DNA of 64,000 bases from Spirochaetota bacterium (GCA_963663865.1 OY760686.1:2784001-2848000); one strand, 5' to 3'; positions 10,250 through 20,383 are shown, numbered from the stretch's first letter. Notes: a model not told the origin generated them from the letters alone. A program made the numbers and translations.

Positions 10250-11512
10250 ATGGCGGAAGTATTCGCGCTGGTTGACTGCAACAACTTTTACGTCTCATGT
10301 GAGAGGGTCTTCAATCCATCCCTTAACGGTAAGCCAGTAGTTGTTCTCAGCAACAACGACGGCTGTGTGGTATCACGCTCCCAGGAGGCAAAATCCCTCG
10401 GCATTAAGACCGGAACTCCGATTCATGAATGTGAGAGGGAAATTCTTCGGCGCGGAGGCTCTGCCCTCTCATCAAACTATGCCCTTTACGGAGACATGTC
10501 CCGCCGTGTCATGCAGACGCTGGCCATGTTCTCACCTGAAATTGAAGTCTACTCAATTGATGAATCGTTTCTTTCGCTGACCGGAAGCCCGGAAGAACTA
10601 AACTCGCTTTGCCGGCTCATGCAGCACACCGTCTACCAGCATACAGGAATTCCGGTTTCCGTCGGCAACGGCAGCACCAAAACGCTTGCCAAGGCTGCAA
10701 ACCGCATCGCTAAAAAACCCGGAGGCTCGGGCCTTTTCAACATCGGCAGCGGAGATCAAATGCGGGAAGCCCTCAGCACGCTTCCCGTCGAAGATGTCTG
10801 GGGGATAGGCTGGCAGTATTCCAGGTTCCTGCGGCTTGCCGGCATCAACACCGCTCTTGACCTGAGCAGAGCCGATGACAGCTGGGTCAGAAAGCACCTG
10901 ACAATAACCGGGCTCAGGCTGGTTAACGAACTAAGGGGAATCCCGTGTATGGCGCTGGAGGAATATCCTCCGTCCAAAAAAGAGGCATGCAGTTCCCGCT
11001 CCTTTTCGAGGCCGGTCGAAAGCCTTCAGGAGATGAAAGAAGCCGTGTCGTCGTACGCGTCTTCTGCCGCGGGACGGATTCGGTCTCAGGGGTCCGCCGC
11101 CTCTTCGATTACTGTTTATATATGCACCAACCGCTTCAGGGACGAGCCTCAGTACGCCCGCTCGTCAACGGCGGTACTTCCATCTCCCACCGACTACACC
11201 CCGGCAATCGTAGGAAACGCCCTGACGCAGCTCGTATCCATATATCGCTGCGGCTACAGGTATAAAAAAGCCGGGGTCATCCTTTCAGGGCTTGTCCCTA
11301 AAGATTCCTGCCAGCTCAATCTCTTCTCCGAACCCGGTACCCCGGAACAAAGGGATACGCTTTCGAAGGTAATGGACTCAATAAATTCACGCTACGGGAA
11401 GAACTCCGTGCAGCTGGCGTCTGACGGACTATCAGGAAGCTGGCACATGAAGAGGGCCAGGCTGAGCCCGTGCTACACTACAAGATGGGAGGAACTCCTG
11501 ACAGTCAAATGA
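10250..11512 (+). CDS. umuC: Y-family DNA polymerase V subunit UmuC
   Basis: [24 protein letters not shown]-terminal SPCYTTRW. Confidence 0.95.
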   Translation: MAEVFALVDCNNFYVSCERVFNPSLNGKPVVVLSNNDGCVVSRSQEAKSLGIKTGTPIHECEREILRRGGSALSSNYALYGDMSRRVMQTLAMFSPEIEVYSIDESFLSLTGSPEELNSLCRLMQHTVYQHTGIPVSVGNGSTKTLAKAANRIAKKPGGSGLFNIGSGDQMREALSTLPVEDVWGIGWQYSRFLRLAGINTALDLSRADDSWVRKHLTITGLRLVNELRGIPCMALEEYPPSKKEACSSRSFSRPVESLQEMKEAVSSYASSAAGRIRSQGSAASSITVYICTNRFRDEPQYARSSTAVLPSPTDYTPAIVGNALTQLVSIYRCGYRYKKAGVILSGLVPKDSCQLNLFSEPGTPEQRDTLSKVMDSINSRYGKNSVQLASDGLSGSWHMKRARLSPCYTTRWEELLTVK

Positions 11513-11516
11513 GAGG

Positions 11517-11548
11517 AAGCGGGAATGCCCCAAGGGCACTCCCGCTTT
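11517..11548. terminator. Hairpin terminator between convergent umuC and GH3 genes
   Basis: AAGCGGGA..TGCCC/GGGCA..TCCCGCTT inverted repeat. Confidence 0.6.
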
Positions 11549-11585
11549 GAATAATTCAACCCGTCAAGTCATTGAGGGAGTTACA

Positions 11586-13778
11586 TCACTTTGAAGCTTT
11601 TACAGTCAGACCATATCCAAATGGGAATACCGTGGAATCATCATCAGGAAGATCTTCATAACCATTGAATATGGCCCAATCATTATCCGGGAGACCTGTA
11701 GGAAGTTTTCCGGTAATATCCGCTCTGCCGAAGATTGCGTTGAAAGCAGTAACATCCGGAATTCCTCCAAAATCGACTATCATCGCGTCACAGAGAAGAT
11801 AAAGTTCAATGACTACGCTTGTTGTAATGGAAGCCTGAAGAACAATTTTAGCTGTACTGTCAGCCGATGAAGCTATCGCATCACGAGCATACTGCAGAAC
11901 AGCATAAGTTGTATCATAATTGTTGCATCGCCCATTCTCAAAATAGTCCACATAATAGTCATTTCCATCGTGCACATATTCCCTGTAACATGCTCCGCTT
12001 CTCTGCGCAGCACTTGAAGCAAAAGGCCAGCTTGGAGCGCCTATTCTCATGTACACGATGTCAGCTGCGGCAATTTTCTCAGCCTCACTAGCGTAAGATG
12101 CGTCATTGTTGATAACAGTACCGTAGTCCGAGGCGCTGGTTAATGTTTCAGGGACTACTGAAGGAGTAAATACACCCGTGTCCGAATCCACTTCACCAGC
12201 AAGAACATAGATTTTCTGCCCTGCCGCTACCGGAAGAAGATCATCTGCGTTTTTCAGACAGGTAACAGATTTGGCCAGGGCCTCCTCTCCAGTGGTCCAG
12301 TATTCAGCTTTAGCAAAAGCTGCAGTTGCAACTTCAGGGTCAGTATACGGGTTTTCAAAAAGTCCCAGTTTGAACATTACTTCAAGGGTCCTTCCCATGG
12401 CTTTATCAATATCTTCCATGGTGATCAGGCCTGAATTATAACCATCGGTGACCCAGGTATAATCACTGACTCCTCCAAAAACATTCATACCAGCCTTCAT
12501 GGATTTTGCAACTCTCTCAGGAGAAGTAAGGGCTTCAACACCATGACACGGAGACATGAAACCTCCCAGGCCTAAAGTCGAACTGTCAGCATAAATCATC
12601 CAGTCGGAGATAAACCACGTGTAATCATATCCGTAGTGTTCTTTCCACATCGTCGTAAGAAAATCGGCATTATACCCGCCTCCGACCTGCTCAATTGTTC
12701 TTCCATCAATCACACCGTCGGCGCCGCTCCAGTCACCCTGACGTGCAATCGGATAATAAGGCATACAGGACAGCGCACCTGCCTCAAAGCCTGAGATAAA
12801 TGGCGCGAGATGATAATCAAAATTATCTCCCGGATAAACAATCCATTTACCCGACGGATTGTGTCCGTCAAATCCTCCCTCCTGGGGTCCATCGCCTGGG
12901 AAGTGTTTCAGATTACATACAATCGCATTAGGGCCAAGTTTTGCACCGTCAGGTTGAAACCCTTTAACTATCGACTGAACCAGCTGCGAAGTCAACTCTG
13001 ATGAGCTTCCAAATGTAGAGGTATTCCTTCCCCACCTCGGTTCTGTAGTGAGGTCTATCTGAGGACCAAGGTAGACTCTAATACCAACAGAACGCCATGC
13101 GTCACGCGAAGCCTGGGCCCATTTGTACACAAGTTCAGGATCCTGAGTGGCTGCAATAGTGAGCTGACCCGGCCATTTTGAGAAACCGTTCTGAGAAGGA
13201 GTACCCTCTCCAGCGGTTCCCGAAATACTGAATGCCGGATCCTGGAGCCACAGCCATGGAATTCCAAGTTCCTTTGACTCAACGTATGCCTGGCACTTGT
13301 TATTGAGATCAGCTCTGTTTGCCGGTGTGAAACCGTTATTTGCAATTTTAATTCTAACATTTGTATCGGCGACGCTGTTTATTGAAGGAACGAACTCATC
13401 GACAGTCGCGAATGACCCGAAACTCATGTGAGGAGCGCAGAAAAGGCCGGCCTTCTGATCTAAAGACATCCTTCCGACAAGATCAGCTGCCCTTTCCTCG
13501 GGTGACAGGCGCCAGTCCTCATAAGTATCAAGCACACCATTTCTGTTTGAATCCTTGAACTGGTAGCCGTCAGCTTCAACAACCGTTGTCCCGGTTACAT
13601 CCCACGTTACAGTCGAACTTGCAGAAACGAATGCAGAGGCAACACCAATGACCGGCTGCTCCAGCTTGCCGTCTTCATTACAGTAAGTACTGACACAGTC
13701 ATCACCGCTGCTGTCATCGCCGCACGCGCTAAACAGGCCAATGGCTGCAAGCAGGATCAAATAAAGAGTTTTTTTCAT
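11586..13778 (-). CDS. Glycoside hydrolase family 3 lipoprotein (beta-glucosidase-like)
   Basis: FSAC lipobox; FKDSNRNGVLDTYEDWRL, EPRWGR, LKHFPG, ISDW nucleophile, FPFGYGL. Confidence 0.9.
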   Translation of the reverse strand: MKKTLYLILLAAIGLFSACGDDSSGDDCVSTYCNEDGKLEQPVIGVASAFVSASSTVTWDVTGTTVVEADGYQFKDSNRNGVLDTYEDWRLSPEERAADLVGRMSLDQKAGLFCAPHMSFGSFATVDEFVPSINSVADTNVRIKIANNGFTPANRADLNNKCQAYVESKELGIPWLWLQDPAFSISGTAGEGTPSQNGFSKWPGQLTIAATQDPELVYKWAQASRDAWRSVGIRVYLGPQIDLTTEPRWGRNTSTFGSSSELTSQLVQSIVKGFQPDGAKLGPNAIVCNLKHFPGDGPQEGGFDGHNPSGKWIVYPGDNFDYHLAPFISGFEAGALSCMPYYPIARQGDWSGADGVIDGRTIEQVGGGYNADFLTTMWKEHYGYDYTWFISDWMIYADSSTLGLGGFMSPCHGVEALTSPERVAKSMKAGMNVFGGVSDYTWVTDGYNSGLITMEDIDKAMGRTLEVMFKLGLFENPYTDPEVATAAFAKAEYWTTGEEALAKSVTCLKNADDLLPVAAGQKIYVLAGEVDSDTGVFTPSVVPETLTSASDYGTVINNDASYASEAEKIAAADIVYMRIGAPSWPFASSAAQRSGACYREYVHDGNDYYVDYFENGRCNNYDTTYAVLQYARDAIASSADSTAKIVLQASITTSVVIELYLLCDAMIVDFGGIPDVTAFNAIFGRADITGKLPTGLPDNDWAIFNGYEDLPDDDSTVFPFGYGLTVKASK

Positions 13779-13819
13779 AAAAGACTCCCCTCCTAATAAT
13801 TATATTTGTATAAATGATA

Positions 13820-13841
13820 TATAAACTCAAATGAGTTTATA
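13820..13841. promoter_or_regulatory. Perfect inverted repeat TATAAACTCA-AA-TGAGTTTATA upstream of GH3 gene
   Basis: 10-bp arms seen directly; operator or 5'-UTR hairpin role is inferred. Confidence 0.4.
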
Positions 13842-14082
13842 GCAAAGACCAATTCCCTCTCTCAGAGAGGACAACCTCCTAAATGATTAAACTAAACTGT
13901 ATTATTTTTACTCTGAATTGAGCAGGCAGGCAACCGCGTGAGCGATGAAGCACGTTTTAAGCATGATGTATTTCTGTTATCAGAAAAATACATGGCGCAA
14001 AATCACATTCAGCTCATAATTCTTGACTAAATTTGGTGTTCATTGGACTTTTTCTGTTATACACGCCGTTATGGAGAACTAT

Positions 14083-15261
14083 ATGGGCAAATTCCGGACT
14101 TTAATTAGGGCATTTTCGTTGATTACAATAATCCTGTTTATTTCAGATACGGGATGTAAAAAAGATGAAAGTTCTGATATTACCATTACAACCATCCCCG
14201 GACGCCTCAACCAGAGCGCATATAAGGTTCTGTATATAAACCCCCGTTTTGCCAGAAAATGCCCAAACCCTGTTTTTTTTCACGACAAGTTGATGGCTTA
14301 CCCCTTAATTGCCGCGCGAGATATTGGGATATCTGTAATCAGACTGGAAATCACTTTCGATCCGAAGGAAAAAATAGCCCCGTCCGGGTTGTCTCAGGCG
14401 ATCAAAAAATATAGCCCTGACGGGGTTGTCATGACCGGCACGCTCAGTTCAATACCTGCTTTTTCTGAGATTATTAGAAATGAGATTCTAAACAAAAATA
14501 TTCCGCTGGTCTGTTTCCACAGTCCGCTTCGAGGTTTTGGGAAACCCGGAGAACAGTACAGCTCATACATTGCCGATATACTTCCCGATGATGTACAGGC
14601 CGGTTATCTCCTCGCTAAAACGCTGATAAAAAAAGCTCTCCGAAATGGAATCAAGCATCCAACTCTGGTGGCTCTTCCGGGAGGAATGCACTACCCTTTT
14701 TCTCAACTGCGCCTGAATGGTTTGAATAAAGCATTAGATGAGTTCCCGGGAGTCAAACTTCACCAGACAATCTCAGTTGACAAGTATGACACTGAACTCG
14801 CAAAGACCAAAACCCGCATGTTTCTGAGAGACCGTTACCCAGACACAAATATTATCTGGTGCGGAAGCGATTCAATTGCCGCGGGAGTAATGGATGCCTG
14901 TAAGGAATTACATAAAAACGAAAAATGCAGCATTATCGCTGGAGGCATCGACTGGTCTGATTATGCTCTCAGGGAAGTCGGATCAAATTCCAACGCTGTT
15001 TCAGTCGGAGGGCACTTCCTGGATGGAGCGTGGGCGATGGTTCTGATTTATGATTATCTGAACGGCATCAATATGACCGATACGAAAACATTCTACACAA
15101 AGATGGAGGTTGTCGAAAGAAAGGACCATCACATGATAAACTCACTTCTAAAGAGCCGCTCAAATGATATTCTAAATTTCAGACAATTTTCAAAAGCCCA
15201 TAATAAATCGCTTGATAAATACAATTTCTCTGTGCAAAAAATACTTGGAATAAAGCAATAA
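14083..15261 (+). CDS. Periplasmic binding protein, ribose/LuxP-like fold (no ABC permease nearby)
   Basis: N-terminal signal with TGC possible lipobox; PDDVQAGYLLA, GGIDWS, GGHFLDGAWAMVLIYDY; start at 14083 after GGAG RBS. Confidence 0.8.
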   Translation: MGKFRTLIRAFSLITIILFISDTGCKKDESSDITITTIPGRLNQSAYKVLYINPRFARKCPNPVFFHDKLMAYPLIAARDIGISVIRLEITFDPKEKIAPSGLSQAIKKYSPDGVVMTGTLSSIPAFSEIIRNEILNKNIPLVCFHSPLRGFGKPGEQYSSYIADILPDDVQAGYLLAKTLIKKALRNGIKHPTLVALPGGMHYPFSQLRLNGLNKALDEFPGVKLHQTISVDKYDTELAKTKTRMFLRDRYPDTNIIWCGSDSIAAGVMDACKELHKNEKCSIIAGGIDWSDYALREVGSNSNAVSVGGHFLDGAWAMVLIYDYLNGINMTDTKTFYTKMEVVERKDHHMINSLLKSRSNDILNFRQFSKAHNKSLDKYNFSVQKILGIKQ

Positions 15262-15349
15262 ATGAATTGATTGTTCAAAATAAATATCCTACAATTTGAC
15301 ATGTTTACAAGTTTCATCCAAAAAAAGCTTACCTGAGATGGTAAATCCA

Positions 15350-16573
15350 ATGAAAAGCAAGTACATCAGATTATCGTTACTGGTTTCATTATCTCTTGTG
15401 CTGTTGTTCACGACGATTCACATTGCATCAAACATTTTATATGATAAATTCATTCTAATAAACAAGGCCGCGAGAATAAGCGCAAGTATTCTTGAATCCC
15501 ATTCAGGCAACCCGCTGCATTCCAATAGCCTCTTCTTTTACGACACAACAGATTCATTCTTCGACAACAATGAAATCAGCAGATTGGAGGTTTTTGACAG
15601 TTCATATAATCTTATTTTTAAAAGAATATCAACATCTAACGAGGCATATACTTCAGAGAGCCCAATATATACAGGATATTCCAAAGGACTGATGGTGCTC
15701 AGTATTCCAGACACAACTGTCATTGAACACGGCAAGTCGATTGGAGAAAGCATGGCAAGGGAGATATCCCAACTGTTATGGAATTATGACACCCAGCTGA
15801 TTGAAAACTGCTGCATTCGCTTCCTTGCCGATTTATCTATATCCCGAATAAGTATCTCAGACACGCGCCATAAGAAGATTTTCGAAAAAACCAACCGCAT
15901 CTACACACCAACAGAGGTCATTCACACTATTCATGAACCAATATCCATGGGCGGCCGAATAATTGGCCACCTTAGAATTGACTTCAACAACTATCGCCAA
16001 CGCAAGGCCGAGTTTCTTCTCGCCGTCTTTGGGCTGCTCTTTACGATTTCAGTTACTTTTACTTTTATCTACTATTTTAAAAAACTCAGACCATCTCTTG
16101 CAGAGGAGAAGATGGCAAGACTCTCAGAGTCACTTTCTCAGACAACGCAGGATAAGCTCAAGTCAGCAATAGACTATATCAACAGCAACTTTACAAGAAG
16201 CATCTCGCGGGAAGGTCTTGCCGCCCATATTGGACTCAGCCCTGACAATCTGGGACGGTATTTCAAAAGATTCACCGGCGAAAAAATTGCCGACTACATT
16301 AACAGGCTAAGAGTACAGCACGTTTATTCCGCACTTCGCGACTCCGAAGAAAGTATTATAAACCTGGCCATGGAAGCCGGCTTTGATAACATAAGCACCT
16401 TCAACAAGGCCTTCCGCAGGGTTTTCAACACCACCCCGACGGTGATACGCTGCAAAAACGGCAGCAGTAAACCCGCGACACAAGCCGCCGGTTTTAACAA
16501 CCCGCCCACGAAAGGGCCGGAACACCGAGGCGGAACAGATATCGGGAGAGCCGGGCTTACTTCATCTTCATGA
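15350..16573 (+). CDS. Membrane-anchored AraC-family regulator with extracytoplasmic sensor
   Basis: Two TM segments flanking ~200 aa; C-terminal double HTH (AIDYIN..SREGLA..LGRYFK..GFDNISTFNKAF). Confidence 0.88.
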   Translation: MKSKYIRLSLLVSLSLVLLFTTIHIASNILYDKFILINKAARISASILESHSGNPLHSNSLFFYDTTDSFFDNNEISRLEVFDSSYNLIFKRISTSNEAYTSESPIYTGYSKGLMVLSIPDTTVIEHGKSIGESMAREISQLLWNYDTQLIENCCIRFLADLSISRISISDTRHKKIFEKTNRIYTPTEVIHTIHEPISMGGRIIGHLRIDFNNYRQRKAEFLLAVFGLLFTISVTFTFIYYFKKLRPSLAEEKMARLSESLSQTTQDKLKSAIDYINSNFTRSISREGLAAHIGLSPDNLGRYFKRFTGEKIADYINRLRVQHVYSALRDSEESIINLAMEAGFDNISTFNKAFRRVFNTTPTVIRCKNGSSKPATQAAGFNNPPTKGPEHRGGTDIGRAGLTSSS

Positions 16574-17171
16574 GCATGTCTATTATCCCGGCACCCCCGG
16601 CCGGTGCGCTGCTCTGCTTGAGCTTAATCGAAATAAGAGTCCGGTCATGGGGCTTCTTCGGCTTTGTATCTGAATAAAAGTATGAGTAGACATGATAGCT
16701 CCGGCCGTTTGCTTCAAAGAGCAAACTATCCAAACCCGGTACGCGTCCCGTAATGTATCTGGTTCCATCCAGCAGCGATATTTCAAGCCTCGCAGGGTAA
16801 TAGGCCTTTTTGTTTCTACTCCCCTCCGCCCAGCCGGAAAATCTTATCTCTGAAAGATTTTTGGGGGTGATATTGACCGGCCGTCCATCCGGAGTGTGCT
16901 GCCCCGGCACGTCAATCCCCCTGGCCGGGATACGGACAACTCCCTGTACAACCGCTCCTCCGGCAAACCCTGCCACGGCCGGTACTGAAAGCCAGTCGGC
17001 ATGCTCAGTCTTTGCTTCTTTTCCAGTTTTACTTTCAGAGGGAATCTCGGGCACAGCCGGACCTTTAACCATGCTGGAAAAGGCATCATCCCCCCCCCCC
17101 ATAAGAGGAGAACCGATGCCGATAAAAGCAGCGGCTGGAATCAGAAATATTTTTCTCATGAATTTTTTCAT
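16557..17171 (-). CDS. Secreted hypothetical protein containing a G11 tract
   Basis: Signal-peptide-like MKKFMRKIFLIPAAAF; fills gap between neighbours. Confidence 0.55.
   Translation of the reverse strand: MKKFMRKIFLIPAAAFIGIGSPLMGGGDDAFSSMVKGPAVPEIPSESKTGKEAKTEHADWLSVPAVAGFAGGAVVQGVVRIPARGIDVPGQHTPDGRPVNITPKNLSEIRFSGWAEGSRNKKAYYPARLEISLLDGTRYITGRVPGLDSLLFEANGRSYHVYSYFYSDTKPKKPHDRTLISIKLKQSSAPAGGAGIIDMLMKMK
17090..17100. repeat. Homopolymer C11 (G11 on coding strand)
   Basis: Counted directly; encodes ATG GGG GGG GGG GAT. Confidence 0.9.
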
Positions 17172-17330
17172 CGCAATGTTTCCCTTTTCTCTGTACAGGC
17201 TCCACAAATATTTTTTTTGGTCTATCAAAAAAAGGGTTCTTCCGATAATAGTAAGCGGACGGACTGCTTATTGAGACATTTTACTCAGCAGCCCGTTCAT
17301 GAAATTCTTAATTCTTGCAGAGGATACGCC

Positions 17331-18185
17331 ATGAAAACTGTATCAGTTCCAGCTGAAGCCGTTAATATCTACAACAGAGCACTTGAGATGTCCAACAAAG
17401 GCGACTTCGCTACCGCGCTGACCGAATACAAGAGAGCCTGCGAGCTCCATCCTCAGTTCATTGAGGCCTTTAACAACATAGGCGAAATCCACGCCAGCAT
17501 GGGCAATAGTGACCTCGCATTGAAGGCATACAACGATGCCCTTAAAATCGGAAAAAACTACAGGGTACTGCTCAATATCGGCGTGGAGTGCTTCAATTCC
17601 GGAAACCACAATGACGCGCTTGGCTACTTCCTTGACTCGGTCACTCTCAGGCCGGATTTCCTTGAATCAAACTACTACGCCGGTCTTGTCTATCATGCCC
17701 GCAAGGAATACGACGATGCTGTAAAGTATTTTGAAAACGTTCTCGAAATTGACGCCCAGCATTACAGAGCCAACTACCTAATGGCTCACATTTGCTACGA
17801 TACAGGTGAGTACAAAAAAGCTATCGCTCACCTTGACAGGATCAGCCCGCTTGCCGAAGACAGAGCGTTCATCGACAAGTTCTACGGCTTCTGCCACTAC
17901 TACCTGGGCGACTACAAGAAAGCGGTAAAGTTTCTTTCTGAAGCCCTCTCTAATCAGCCCGGATACTCGGAGTTCAAATCCTATCTCGAGGGCCTTACAT
18001 ACGAGAACAGAATGAAAGAGATTGGAGATATCGACAAAGCTATCAAGGACCTTGAAAAGTCGCTTAAGAAGGAAGACGAAACACTGAGCAAAGTCTCCAG
18101 ACTCAGCATGCTCTACATCTTCAAGGGAGAAAACAGGAAGGCTGAAAAGCTGCTTACAGGCTACAGAGACAAAATAGCTTCGTAA
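17331..18185 (+). CDS. Tetratricopeptide repeat protein
   Basis: Multiple TPR units (AFNNIGEIH..ALKAYNDAL); start at 17331 after AGAGGA. Confidence 0.88.
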   Translation: MKTVSVPAEAVNIYNRALEMSNKGDFATALTEYKRACELHPQFIEAFNNIGEIHASMGNSDLALKAYNDALKIGKNYRVLLNIGVECFNSGNHNDALGYFLDSVTLRPDFLESNYYAGLVYHARKEYDDAVKYFENVLEIDAQHYRANYLMAHICYDTGEYKKAIAHLDRISPLAEDRAFIDKFYGFCHYYLGDYKKAVKFLSEALSNQPGYSEFKSYLEGLTYENRMKEIGDIDKAIKDLEKSLKKEDETLSKVSRLSMLYIFKGENRKAEKLLTGYRDKIAS

Positions 18186-18189
18186 CTAA

Positions 18190-18642
18190 TCACAGAGAAG
18201 AGGGGCTTATTTTCCAGTAGGCCCCTTCCTTAACGAACTCAATATCCGCGCCGTTTTTAGTCCTCACAACTGCCGAGCTTTCCGAACGTTTTATTGATTC
18301 AATACCTGAAAATACAGATTTCCCAAAGCCGCTGTTTTTCATTGACGCCAGATAGTGAACAGCAAGCCCGTCCACGTCGAGTTTTCTCATCTCATTAGAG
18401 CTCATTCCAAACCTCTGTGCTGCGGCATCAAGCTGTGACGGCTTCATATCGCTGAACGCGGCACACATCGATTGAAGGCTTCTCTTCCCTTCCGAAGTGA
18501 GCAGCTTTTTGAACAGGCCGCTGTCCCCTTCTTCGATGGAGACGCGCAGGTCCTCGAAAGCAGCGCGGGGAGAAAGGGCTCCGGAACAAGAAACCAGCTG
18601 TGAAACAACTATTATCGCGGCGGCTATTTTCAAAACACGCAT
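18190..18642 (-). CDS. Hypothetical lipoprotein
   Basis: LVSC lipobox; C-terminal FVKEGAYWKI strand motif; overlaps panC end. Confidence 0.65.
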   Translation of the reverse strand: MRVLKIAAAIIVVSQLVSCSGALSPRAAFEDLRVSIEEGDSGLFKKLLTSEGKRSLQSMCAAFSDMKPSQLDAAAQRFGMSSNEMRKLDVDGLAVHYLASMKNSGFGKSVFSGIESIKRSESSAVVRTKNGADIEFVKEGAYWKISPSSL

Positions 18643-19499
18643 TGTATATTTTCTCCTTCAAAGCTGACTATCATATTATCTATAAGCCTGGTGCTTCCGA
18701 AATAGACAGCGAGCGCGATGACTGTTTTCCCGTCGAAGCTGTCTACCGGAGCAAGGGTTTCGTAATCGACCGCACTGATATATTCTATTGATTCCGGATG
18801 GGACATCCCGATAATGTTTTCCATTTCAGCCCTGACCTCCTGCCAGCTTCTTTTGCCAGCTTTGAGCATTGCCTCAGCCTTTTTTAGCGAACTGTAAAGC
18901 GACAGAGCGGCCTTTCTCTGAGAGAAGTCGAGATGCTTGTTTCGGGAACTCATGGCGAGGCCCTCCTCTTCTCTGACTATCGGGGCAATATTTATTTCGA
19001 CGGGGAAGTTCAAGTCAAGCGTCATCTTCCTTATAGACAGGGCCTGCTGAATATCCTTTTGACCGAAAACGGCAATATCCGGCTTTACTATGTTAAAAAG
19101 CTTGGCAACTACTGTGAACACTCCCCTGAAATGGCCGGGCCGGTGTGCTCCACAGAGGTAATCCGTAAGTCCAGTCATGTCAACCGTCGTTCTACCGTCG
19201 CTGTACATCTCTTCTTCCGACGGGGCAAAAACCATATCGACACCGGACTCTTCGGCCAGCTGAAGGTCCCTCTCCCTTTCCCTGGGATATGACTTCAGGT
19301 CGTCGGGATTGTCAAACTGAATAGGGTTAACAAAGATGCTCATCACGGTAAAATCGGCATTAGCCCTGCTCCTCTCTACAAGACTCAGGTGCCCGCTGTG
19401 CAGATAACCCATGGTCGGAACGAAACCAATCCTCTTCCCATCAAGCCTGAGCCTTTCTAAAGCTCTTCTAACCTCGCTGACTGTTTCAAGAACAAGCAT
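18630..19499 (-). CDS. panC: Pantoate--beta-alanine ligase
   Basis: FVPTMGYLHSGH, FGQKD, GLAMSSRN, RLIDN. Confidence 0.97.
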   Translation of the reverse strand: MLVLETVSEVRRALERLRLDGKRIGFVPTMGYLHSGHLSLVERSRANADFTVMSIFVNPIQFDNPDDLKSYPRERERDLQLAEESGVDMVFAPSEEEMYSDGRTTVDMTGLTDYLCGAHRPGHFRGVFTVVAKLFNIVKPDIAVFGQKDIQQALSIRKMTLDLNFPVEINIAPIVREEEGLAMSSRNKHLDFSQRKAALSLYSSLKKAEAMLKAGKRSWQEVRAEMENIIGMSHPESIEYISAVDYETLAPVDSFDGKTVIALAVYFGSTRLIDNMIVSFEGENIQCVF

Positions 19500-19519
19500 T
19501 TTTCACCCCGCTGGTTTTG

Positions 19520-20383
19520 TTATTCCGGCTTCTTTGCCGCAATAATCATCATATCTCCGGCGCGGAACCTCTTTGCCGCAAAATCGGCCGCCTTTCTCAG
19601 AACCGTCCCCGGCCTGAAAAACCCGCTTCCATAGGTCCGTGCACTGTGTAATACAAAGCTCTGTCTTACAACCATATCCCTGAGCCCTCTGAACGAAAAA
19701 AAGTTCAAATGCTCGGGGAAGTTATAGTATCTCCATCGGCTTCCCTTCATGAGCATGAAGGGCGATCCGGCTCGGCATGTTGACAGATACAGAAAGCCTC
19801 CCGGCCTGAGCTGGTGGTATGCTCTCGCGAGGAAATCCTCAGGATTGTGAAGATGCTCAATGACCGCCCACATTGTTATCAGATCAAAAGACTTCCCAAA
19901 ATCGGTCCGAAGATAATCACCGCAGACAACATTCAGCCCCCGGCCCCGGGCCGCGGCTGAACATTCCCGTGAAACATCGATCCCGCAGGAATCCCAGCCC
20001 CTTTCGCTCAAGTATTCTACAGAGTAACCGGCAGCGCAGCCGATATCAAGGCAGGCTTTCGAGTCCGTTTCAGCCTCGTAGCTGAAAAAGCCGAGATCAT
20101 TCAGGTTCATCTGAAGCACCCTGATTATTTCCAGCCTTATCCGCTCCGAGAAATAATCGTCGTAACCTCTGTCATCGCGTCTGGTGAAATATTCAGCCCC
20201 GTAGTACTGACTCATGTTCCCGGGAATGGGCCTTGGCGACACGTACCTGTGCCCGCAACGCCCGCACTTCACAAGCGAAAACATCTCTCCTCCGCGTGAA
20301 GGCTTTTCAAAAAGCCGGACAGATTCATCTGAGCCGCAAACGCAGCAGGAGGCTTGCTCAAGTATTTCAGCTCTATCTTCCAA
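19520..20383 (-). CDS. Class I SAM-dependent methyltransferase with N-terminal Cys cluster
   Basis: LDIGCAAG, VIEHL, LRPGG; CxxC..CxxC N-terminus. Confidence 0.88.
   Translation of the reverse strand: MEDRAEILEQASCCVCGSDESVRLFEKPSRGGEMFSLVKCGRCGHRYVSPRPIPGNMSQYYGAEYFTRRDDRGYDDYFSERIRLEIIRVLQMNLNDLGFFSYEAETDSKACLDIGCAAGYSVEYLSERGWDSCGIDVSRECSAAARGRGLNVVCGDYLRTDFGKSFDLITMWAVIEHLHNPEDFLARAYHQLRPGGFLYLSTCRAGSPFMLMKGSRWRYYNFPEHLNFFSFRGLRDMVVRQSFVLHSARTYGSGFFRPGTVLRKAADFAAKRFRAGDMMIIAAKKPE

Noticed and set aside
17001-17330. N-terminal extension of the TPR ORF
   Set aside because: Overlaps the divergent gene; a better start with RBS lies at 17331
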